Source: Candidatus Saccharimonadota bacterium (GTDB taxonomy: Bacteria; Bacteroidota; Bacteroidia; Cytophagales; Amoebophilaceae). From it: DNA of 32,000 nt. Below the pieces are notes generated by a model, which saw only the letters and a program-made list of their open reading frames with translations, was not told the origin of the DNA and searched no databases. Below, one piece after another: positions 9,380 to 18,600 of this stretch (positions are counted from its first letter, which is position 1; each line of letters starts with the position of its first letter). Position numbers and translations under genes: made by a program. The DNA lies in contig NZ_OZ239769.1 of NCBI RefSeq assembly GCF_965196625.1, positions 810,001 to 842,000 of the forward strand. The letters run 5' to 3'.

Positions 9380-10711
9380 GAGCCTGTAAATTATTTTGTG
9401 TAAGTGCCGTTTTTTAGGAGAATCTTCCCTCAAATTCGATAGCGAATCGATTCAGAGCCGCTCTCCAATCATGTAAAGACATAGTCCACTTTTGTGATGC
9501 CTTCTGTATGGCTAAATATACTACTTTTAATGCAGATTGGTCATTAGGAAAAATTTTACGGTTATTGATAGATTTTCTAATAACGCTATTGAGTGATTCA
9601 ATGGCATTGGTCGTATAAATAATTTTTCGTATTTCATCAGGATAGTCAAAAATAGTTATAATGTTGCTCCAATTTTTATGCCATGAACGACTAATAGCTG
9701 GATATTTTTTATCCCATTTTTCACTAAAAATAAGAAGTGCTTCTTCCGCTTGCTCAAGAGAAATAGCGCGATAAATAACTTTAAGATCCGATGCGACGGA
9801 CTTCATGTCCTTATAGGGTACATAACGTAACGAATTACGAATAAGATGAACAATGCATAACTGAATTTTGGTTTTTGGAAATACTGTATTAATAGCATCT
9901 GGAAATCCGGTTAATCCATCAACACAAGCAATAAAAATATCCTTAATGCCACGATTATTTAACTCAGTTAATACTGAGAGCCAAAATTTTGCACCTTCGG
10001 TTTCTGCTATCCACAAACCAAGTAATTCTTTTTGCCCTTGACAATTAATGGCTAATGCCAAATAAATTGATTTGTTGATTACGCGTTTATCTTGATGACA
10101 CTTGATAACGATACAATCTAAATACAATATGGGATATACTGTTTCTAATGGACGATTCTGCCAAACAGTAATCTCCTCAATAACAGATTCAGTTACTTTC
10201 GAAATTAAACTGTGTGATACCTCTGTACCATACAGCTCTTTGAATGTATCTGAAATATCTCTGGTAGTCATCCCTCTAGCATAAAGAGCCAAAATTTGTT
10301 CATCAAATTCAGTGAAGCGAGTTTGCCCTTTGCGAATGATTTGAGGATCGAACGTGCTGTTTCGGTCACGTGGCGTATTAATTTCCATTTCGCCAAAATC
10401 ACCCTTTAATCGCTTAGGAGAGTAACCATTACGGCTATTTCCCGTGTTCCTGCCTTCTATAGCATGCTTTTCATAGCCAAGATGATCCTCTAATTCTGCA
10501 TCCATAGCACGTTCTACCGTGATTTTTAATAGTTGCTTGCTGAGAATAGCTAAATCTTTTTCACTCTTAATAGACTTCGACAATTCATTTAGTAGATTTG
10601 GATCTATATTTATTTGTTGTTGTTCCATTGCTTATGACTCATTTATAACTAACGATTTAATCCGTTAGATTAGTTAATAATAAGCATTTACACAATTTTA
10701 TTTACAAACTC
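9380..10711 (-). mobile_element. IS256-family insertion sequence (~1.33 kb) with imperfect ~28-bp terminal inverted repeats
   Basis: The left end 9380-9407 is GAGCCTGTAAATTATTTTGTGTAAGTGC. The reverse complement of the right end 10684-10711 is GAGTTTGTAAATAAAATTGTGTAAATGC. The element encloses a single transposase ORF. The exact ends are uncertain, and weaker similarity continues ~15 bp outward. Confidence 0.75.
9414..10628 (-). CDS. IS256-family (Mutator-type) transposase
   Basis: A 404-aa ORF with the family-typical N-terminus ...ERAMDAELEDHLGY...NSRNGYSPKRL...G.MEINTPRDRNSTFDPQII.K, DEQILALYARGMTTRDI, and the DDE region (LYLDCIVIKC..., FIACVDGLTGFPDAI..., IQLCIVHLIRNS, YTTNAIESLN). Confidence 0.93.
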   Translation of the reverse strand: MEQQQINIDPNLLNELSKSIKSEKDLAILSKQLLKITVERAMDAELEDHLGYEKHAIEGRNTGNSRNGYSPKRLKGDFGEMEINTPRDRNSTFDPQIIRKGQTRFTEFDEQILALYARGMTTRDISDTFKELYGTEVSHSLISKVTESVIEEITVWQNRPLETVYPILYLDCIVIKCHQDKRVINKSIYLALAINCQGQKELLGLWIAETEGAKFWLSVLTELNNRGIKDIFIACVDGLTGFPDAINTVFPKTKIQLCIVHLIRNSLRYVPYKDMKSVASDLKVIYRAISLEQAEEALLIFSEKWDKKYPAISRSWHKNWSNIITIFDYPDEIRKIIYTTNAIESLNSVIRKSINNRKIFPNDQSALKVVYLAIQKASQKWTMSLHDWRAALNRFAIEFEGRFS

Positions 10712-10754
10712 ATAGGTTCAGACTAGATCCCTAGTCTACATAATCTTAAATTCC

Positions 10755-12864
10755 TTAGCTGCCCATAGTCTGTAAAGCCCAAAGCTTAGCGTAAAGACCA
10801 TTCTGTTGTAATAGTTTTGCATGTCTGCCTTGCTCAATAAGCTGACCCTGATCTAGCACTAGAATATGATCCGCATGTCTAATGGTATTGAGTCGGTGGG
10901 CAATACTGATCACAGTACGGTTGTAACAAATTTGGTCCATATTCGATATAATAGCTGCTTCAGACTCATAATCAAGCGCAGAAGTGGCTTCATCTAAAAC
11001 TAAAATCCGTGGATTCACCAGTAATGCCCTGGCTAAAGCTACCCTTTGACGCTGACCACCCGATAATCCACTACCTCTTTCACCGAGCATGGTTTGGTAT
11101 CCTTGGGGAAGCATATTAATAAAACCATCCGCTCCAGCTAATTTGGCTACTTGGATAACCGCATCTTCACTGGCTTCAGGACAACATAATTTAATGTTAT
11201 CCGCTATCGATCCAGCAAACAACATATTATTTTGTAATACAACACTCATATTAGACCGTAATGCAGTGGGATCAGCAATAGCTACGTCCATACCATCTAC
11301 TAGAATTTGGCCATGTTGGGGAATATATAGACAGTGTAATAACCGCGTTAAGGTGCTCTTACCTGATCCTGATGGGCCTGTAATGCCCACAAATGTTCCA
11401 GCTTGAATCGTAAAAGATAGATTTTTTAAAACTTCTGCTGTATCAGGTTGATAGCGGAAACGGATATCCTGAAATTCAATCTTACCTTTTAATGTTGGAA
11501 GAGATACTACGCCTTTACTACCAGCCTCTGATGGCATATCTAATATGTCACCGATACGACGCAGTGCTATTAAAGTATGCTGGAACTCTTGCCATATTTG
11601 CGCCAAGCGTAAAATAGGCTGGGTTACATGATTGGCCAGCATATTAAAAGCTACTAATCCACCAACAGTGAGCTCGCCTGCTAAGACAATTTTTACGCCC
11701 AACCATAATAATAAGGCGGATATTAGCTTTTGTATAAGACTAATTCCCTGGCTAGCAGTAATAGCCAGTTTTTTAGCTGAAAAGGTAGCCCGTAATTGAC
11801 CTGCTAAGACCTGTTGCCAACGTTTAAGGAAATCTGGTTCAGTAGCAGTAGTTTTTAACACCTCTATACCGGTTATCATTTCAGTTAAATAAGCGGTAGT
11901 TAAGTTACTAGCATCATATTGTTTTGTAACACGGTTACGTAATAGGGGACCAATCATCAACCAAAATACAGCATATAGTACTAAAGATGCTAGTACAATA
12001 TAGGCTAATAAGCTAGCATAGCTAAACATAACCACTACAAACATCAAGATAAAAACAGTATCCAATACCAGCATTAAGGCTGAACCAGTAAGGAACTGAC
12101 GAATTTGATTCATTTCAGAGATCCGTGCAACGATCTGACCCGTTTGTCGCTGGCTAAAATAGTCTAGTGGTAGCGTTAATAAATGGCGGTATAATCTGGC
12201 AGAAAGTTCAGCATTAATTTTGCTAGCCAAATTAGTAAAAACTTTACCTCGTAGGTAACCATGTATAGGTTCTGCTATAGCTAATTCTACTATAGCTAGT
12301 GCCAATATTTGCAAACTATTAATACCCCTTAACCAATACTTGATCAATAACATTTTGAAACAATATAGGACTCACTAGATCCATCAATTGCAATACCAAG
12401 GATAAAGCTAGAACCTCTCGTAACTGAGGGATATGGCGTAATATGGAAGGCAAAAACCAACTTAACCCAAATTGAGTATCTGATATTTTTATCTCTTTTT
12501 CTGCCAGTAACACTACTGGGATATTATATTTTCCATTAATAGGAGTAGGAAGTGGCTCTTGATAAACCTGTTTAGTATCCAGATCATAACGCCACCAATA
12601 TGCTGGTTCTATTTTTTCAATTACACTCCATTGACCATTTAAGCAGACTAATATCGGTAGTGATGTTGTTTGTAAATTATCTTCTATCTTTTGATACCAT
12701 TTAGCACGTAAACCCGCATACCTAGCAGCTAAGCAAATATCCAAAGCGGTTAATTGCTCGCAATCTATATCCATCTTATGGCCTAATGATGCTTCAGTTA
12801 CTACTAGTTGAAAATATTCAGCAGCTTTAACAATGGCTGGTATACCATATTTCCCTCTAATCAT
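10755..12864 (-). pseudogene. HlyB-like type I secretion ABC transporter (degenerate C39-like domain + TMD + NBD) split by a 1-nt frameshift near 12322-12328
   Basis: ORF 12319-12864 encodes a C39-like domain without the N-terminal catalytic Cys region, plus the first TM helix, ending FQNVIDQVLVKGY*. ORF 10755-12353 continues in another frame with INSLQILALAIVELAIAE..., the rest of the TMD and the NBD (GPSGSGKST, LSGGQRQRVALARAL, ILVLDEATSALD, IAHRL). The junction is at a C4/G4 run (12325-12328). Confidence 0.85.
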
Positions 12865-12876
12865 TTTTTCTTCTAT

Positions 12877-14268
12877 TTATGGCTCCCTACAGGATTCAGC
12901 ACAATATTCTCTAATTGGACTCAGTAAATAGTCAATGATACGCCGTTTCCCTAATTTAATCTCAGTAGTAATAGTCATACCAGGAGTTAAAGTAATCAGC
13001 TGATCATTTATAACCATGTGATTTTGATCTAGTTCAATTTGAGCTGGAAAGACTAATTCGGGATTTTGTTCACTGCGTTTAACAGAATCACGTGATAAAC
13101 TAAGCACCTTACCACTAATGGTACCATAACGACTATAAGGGAAGGCTTCTACTTTAACAGTTACAGATTGTCCAGGACGAATAAAGCCAACATCTTTATT
13201 GGCAATATCAATTTCTGCTTGTTGTGGGGCATCATAAGGCACTATCACCATTAAAATTTGTGCGACTTGAACAATACCCCCAATAGTATGAATAGCCAGT
13301 TGTTGTACAGTGCCATCTAGTGGTGCTCTCAATATTTGTAACCGTCCACGATCTTGAGCTTTAGCTAATTCTTGCGTGGCTATTAATAAGGAAGATGATG
13401 CTTTATTTAAGTTATCATGCCATTCTAGCTGTTTTTGTGCTATATAATTAGCTTTTACCTTTCGCAACGTATCGATGCTAGTCTGTAACACTTTTAATTC
13501 TTCTTGCTTAGTAGCTATGGATAACTGTATCTCTAATCCCTCCTTTTCTTTTTCTAATAACGTCATTTTAGCCATAAAGTCAGATTTAGCTAACTCCCGA
13601 CTTGAAATTAAACGTTTTTGGATATTCATTTTTAGCTTTTGTAGTCCATCTAGGCTTCTTTGGTGAGCTATTTGCTCAGACTGCTTGGTCTTTAGTTCAG
13701 CATCGAATTTAGACAACATCGATTGATATTCTTCCCAGATACTGGTAAGATAAGTGTAAGTTCTTGCTGCTATAGATGCCTCTATAGCATTTGGTAGGAT
13801 TAAGCCATTCAATGGATCATTGCTAAGCAGCGCGCGATAACGAGCCACTGCTAGTTGCTGAAATAAGTGTTCTTCTTGGCAACGCTCTATTTCTTGTGCT
13901 GATCCTACTATATTTAGGGCTAACAACCTCTCTCCAGCTGTCACATGTTGGCCATTCTGTACTAAAATCTCTACTACTTCTCCTGTTTCATAGGGTTGAA
14001 CTAATTGAGAACGACTAGGCAAAGTAAGCCGACCAGTAGCCGATACATGAATATCTAATTGACCCAAACAAGCCCAAATGAATACTGATAAAGTTAAAGT
14101 AGTGATCGTAATAGATGTTACCAGAGCAGTAGGTGAAGGTGGGCGTTCTATTAACTCAAGATAGGAAGGCAGAAAGGCATATTGATCATCACTACGATGC
14201 TTCTTGGAAAAGCAAGCAATATATCGTTGTTGTATAAACGTACGTATTATTCTATATAACCGTTGCAT
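12877..14268 (-). CDS. HlyD-family type I secretion membrane fusion protein
   Basis: A 463-aa ORF with an N-terminal cytoplasmic stretch and one TM helix (ALVTSITITTLTLSVFIWACLG). It has a long coiled-coil region and lipoyl/beta-barrel segments (LRAPLDGTVQQLAIHTIGGIVQ, GQSVTVKVEAFPYSRYG). The C-terminal ...GKRRIIDYLLSPI is typical of HlyD/CvaA proteins. Confidence 0.9.
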   Translation of the reverse strand: MQRLYRIIRTFIQQRYIACFSKKHRSDDQYAFLPSYLELIERPPSPTALVTSITITTLTLSVFIWACLGQLDIHVSATGRLTLPSRSQLVQPYETGEVVEILVQNGQHVTAGERLLALNIVGSAQEIERCQEEHLFQQLAVARYRALLSNDPLNGLILPNAIEASIAARTYTYLTSIWEEYQSMLSKFDAELKTKQSEQIAHQRSLDGLQKLKMNIQKRLISSRELAKSDFMAKMTLLEKEKEGLEIQLSIATKQEELKVLQTSIDTLRKVKANYIAQKQLEWHDNLNKASSSLLIATQELAKAQDRGRLQILRAPLDGTVQQLAIHTIGGIVQVAQILMVIVPYDAPQQAEIDIANKDVGFIRPGQSVTVKVEAFPYSRYGTISGKVLSLSRDSVKRSEQNPELVFPAQIELDQNHMVINDQLITLTPGMTITTEIKLGKRRIIDYLLSPIREYCAESCREP

Positions 14269-14301
14269 ACATAATTTACTTAAAGTTAAAGAGATCCATA
14301 G

Positions 14302-15250
14302 TTAGATTTCTAATTTTAAATCTTGCTGTAAACGCCACAATCGCGCATATTTACCATTTAGCCCTAATAAGGCTTCATGAGTGCCTTGCTCTATAATTTG
14401 TCCTTGCTGTAAAACAACAATGGAATCACAATGTTTCACAGTGGATAGACGATGGGCGATCGTAATGACCGTACGACCGTCAGCTATCTTATTCATATTG
14501 GCTTGAATGAAAGCTTGCGACTCATCATCTAAAGCACTAGTAGCTTCATCAAAAATCAGTACTTTAGGATTAATTAATAAAGCACGTGCAATGGCAATAC
14601 GTTGCCTTTGCCCGCCGGATAGAGAACTACCGCCTTCAGTTAGTAGGGTGTCATAACCCATAGGTAGACGCAAGATAAACGCATGGGCGCCTGATAGCTT
14701 GGCTGCCTCTATAACTGCGTCCAACGAAGCTTGAGGCAACGATTGCGCAATATTATCACGGACCGTACGGTTAAATAAATAGTTTTCTTGCAGTACTACA
14801 GCTACTTGTTGACGCAAATTACGTAAATCTAGTGCATTTAAGGACTTTTTATCATATAATATTTGCCCTTGTTCTGGTAAATAGAGTCGTAGTAACAAAC
14901 GAGCTAAAGTGCTTTTTCCAGAACCTGATGCACCTACAATACCTATTTGCGCACCGGATTGAATATGTAAAGAAATACCTTGCAATATCGGTGGTCCAGT
15001 TGGTTTATAGCGAAAAGATACCTGATCTAGAGTAATGGAACCCTGTAAGGCATAGGGTTCTCCTTGAAATGCTTGCTCTACTGGTAAATTTAGCGTATCA
15101 CCCAAGATATCTACGGCTACTTTAGCTTGGACAAGCTTACTCCATAGTTCAACTAGTTTAGATAAGGGTTGCGAAAAATGCTGCGCCAACATATTAAAGG
15201 CAATAAGTTGACCAAGGGTAATCTTCAAATGAATAACATCACTAGCTCCA
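14302..15250 (-). pseudogene. 5'-truncated second HlyB-like ABC transporter (last TM helix + complete NBD only)
   Basis: The translation starts inside the last TMD helix (..GASDVIHLKITLGQLIAFNMLAQHF, parallel to GELTVGGLVAFNMLANHV of the neighbouring ABC). An NBD follows (GASGSGKST, LSGGQRQRIAIARAL, VLIFDEATSALD, IAHRL). The frame closes at 15277-15279, and no upstream TMD or peptidase domain exists. Confidence 0.8.
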
Positions 15251-15625
15251 TAATACCTTCTAGTTTTAGTAACAACTCACTACAAGCCAACGCACTTTCT
15301 ATTACCATGGTCTATACTATTTTGAATAAGTGCATAGTTGGCGTTATAGGTATTGCCCATCTGTGGAGTAGAATCAGTAACCTGATCTATCGGTGTCATA
15401 CTACAGATAGATTGCTTTAAAAGGTTCACATCTGTTGTAGTATTTCCCAATACTTCAGGTGGAGCTTCCAGTGAGGAGTTTTGTTGTAGGCACTGTTGCA
15501 CTATTTTATCACATAATAGCTGCGGAATAGTCTCTACTTCTCCTGTAGCTAACTGCTGGGGAACTGTCTTTATGGCTTGCGTATATAACTCAGGCGTTGC
15601 TATTACATCGGAGACAGCTTTTTCT
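15251..15625 (-). repeat. Near-identical 3' block, copy 1: last ~115 codons of giant gene 1 plus 29 nt past its stop
   Basis: Matches 25663-26124 almost base for base, apart from an 87-nt indel and a few substitutions. Identity begins at 15251 (taataccttctag...) and ends at ...gagacagctttttct. Confidence 0.9.
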
Positions 15626-18600
15626 ATCCCACAAGCTTGCACCTGTTCTTGCACCTTAACAATAAACGTACCTATTTTCTCTAAAATATTTTTAGTATAT
15701 TCTTGTTGAGCATAATAAAGAGGTTTATTATTATAAATATCTTCAGCATCAATATTTGCACCTGCCTTTAATAATGCTACAACAATATGGTTGTTCCCTT
15801 CCTCAACAGCTGCGTGTAGTATTGTCATACCTTTATCATTACGAACATTCGTAATAATTTTCATATCAACCTGTGTTTGATGAATATGATTGGTATACTT
15901 AAATATTTCGTCAATTGAACTTAATAGGCCAACTATATTTTTGTTAGAAGTAAATTCTTTTGGGGTACTTTTAAATTTGTTTTCACTATTAAAGATGGCA
16001 CCATGCTGTAACAGAAATTTAACAATATCCAAATAACCATTTTCAGCTGCATAATGCAAAAGAGTGTTTCCTTGATTATCCCGTACATTAACAATAGTCT
16101 CAATCTTTATATTATGCGTTTTTGCTATGTCTATGATCTTTAAATGATTAATAATACCTTCAGGATTATCGCTATCTATACTAATAAACAATTCATTAAT
16201 TGAACCAAGTAACCTTGAACTTTGGTTCTCTATAAGTTCAAACGGCGATTTTCCTTCTTTATTTTTAACATTAAAATTAGCACCTTGTTGCAATAAAAAC
16301 TTAACAATTTCCATTTTATCATTTTCAGCAGCAAAGTGGAGTGGTGTATAATGGTTAACATCTAAAGAATCGATATCTGCATTATTATTTAATAATAACT
16401 GTATAATATCAATCTTACCAGAAGAAGCAGCGCGATGTAGTGCGGTTTTACCACTTTTGTCCCTAATATCAATCCATTTTAATGTTCTATCCTTATTGGT
16501 ATAATCTTCGATTACTTGCTTTTCACCACTATCAACAGCATTAAAGAATGCGTTAACCGATTGCAATAATGTATCAGGTATATTATGCTCATTTGAAAGT
16601 TCTTCAGGAGTACGGCCTGCATTATTCTTAGCATTAAAAATAGCTCCGTTATTTAACAGTAAACGAACCATGTTAGTATTACCTTTTATAACTGCAATAT
16701 GTATAGGCATATTACCATCTTTATTTACGCCATTTATTGACCTAAACTGATAATCTCTGTAATGAGGAGACCATCCTTGTCGTTTTTCTTTTAGATAGTC
16801 CTGGTTAGCTTTTAATAAAGCTATCAAAGCTTGTTGATCATTCTTATCAGTAGCTAAATGTAGCAAAGCATTATTTTTATTATCCTGCGCATTAAGAATA
16901 AATAGCGTTGGATTGTGTGTGTCCGATGCGTCTGAATACTGTGTTCCATGTTGAGTATCTGATAATAACTTATCATTTAAATCCTGGATCAAATTTTTAC
17001 TATTAAATAATTGATCCAGTGTATCCAGTAACCAAACAATTTTTTTACTTCTTTCATTCAATAAATTAGGATTTTCTAATAGATTGCGGGGTGTCTTCCC
17101 ATTCAAGTCAACTACATTATACATAGCACCATACTGCAACAGTAACTCTACAATTTTAATTTGTTGCAACTGAGAGGCCCAATGTAACGGTGTTTTACCC
17201 TCTTTATCCTTAAGATTAATATCTCCGCCTTTACGTATAATAAATTTACCCCAGTCTATATCATTGGATTGAATAGCCTTATGCAAACGAGGCATACCGT
17301 TTTCGTCAATAAGATTCAAATCAAATTCATGTGGATTTTTAAAAAATCCAGCTTGATTCCTTACTGATTCAGGAATATTTGCATTGCGTGTCACTAATAA
17401 ATATTTTATAACATTTGGATCTGTATCTTCGTTTTCTATAGCGTAATACAAAGGTGTTTTAAGTTCATTATCCTGCATGTTAACATCAGCTCCACAGTCA
17501 ATCAAGTATCTTATTATATTTAGTCCACGCTTGGCATATATTGCCTGAAATAAAGGAGATTCACCTCGATCATTTTTAGCATTAACGTCTTCTCCGCTGT
17601 CAATCAAATATTTAATGTTTTTCAAGTTTGCTCCAGAATCAACTGCACTATGTAATGCAGTATTTCCATCATGTTTAATATCTTCTCTGTGATTATCAAA
17701 TAAATACTGTATAATATCAATTTGATTATTCCGAGTTGCCTGATATAAATGTAGATAATAGTAGTCGCGATTTTCTTGATTTATAAAATATTTAAAGGTT
17801 TTTATATGACCATCTCTAGCAGCTGCCTGTAGAATTTTTGTATAATAACTAGATCCCTCCTCTTCAGATGTATAATCAACTTCATAGTTAGTTTTTGTGC
17901 CTCCGTTATCTACTAAATACTTTGTAATCCTCAGTCTATCATCATCACTTAGTTCTTTACTAAGATTAACACGATCTAAGGGTGTAATACCATTATCATC
18001 TTGATTGAGTAAATTCCTCCTTATTTCTGTGTTGCTTATAGTATCTAGTATGGCTATAATTACTTGGACACGTCCATGCATAAAAAAGTAAGAAAGTAAC
18101 CTGGGAAATTCATAACTTAACCTAAGTGTAGAAGCTGCACTTGGATCTTGTAACAATAATTTCTCTTCTATCTGTCTTAGCTTATGATCTTGATTTGCAT
18201 AGGCGCCATGAACTTGTTCAATAACATATGATACTAATGGTCTTGTGTCTTCATTTAATTGGCTACTATCAGCACCTTTTAATAATAAATCGCAAGCAAT
18301 TTCCATCCTATTATTTTTGGCAGCATAATATAGAGCAGCTTTACCATCATTATCTGGTTTATTCACAAACTTGACCAATTGCGACTCTCTATATTCTTCT
18401 TTTTTAAAGGTCCCATGCTCTAAAATATTTTTTTCCAGAATATCATTATTATAATTTAGTAAGTACTCAACAATATCTGAATGGCCATGTTCAGCAGCAT
18501 AATGCAATGGTGTTTTTCCTAGATTATCAGATTGCGGCCAAGCATCATGGTTTGATTCTAGTAAAGTCTTAACAAGGTTCAAATAACCATTTTGAGCAGC

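Noticed and set aside
9023-9433. ORFs 9023-9208 (+) and 9251-9433 (-) in the gene-poor stretch left of the IS.
   Set aside because: No motifs. The second runs across the IS terminal repeat. They are more likely chance ORFs in degraded DNA.
15169-15420. An 83-aa plus-strand ORF and its twin at 25647-25832, which are conserved between the two loci.
   Set aside because: The conservation is explained by both lying antisense within the near-identical 3' tail block of the giant genes. There is no independent coding evidence.
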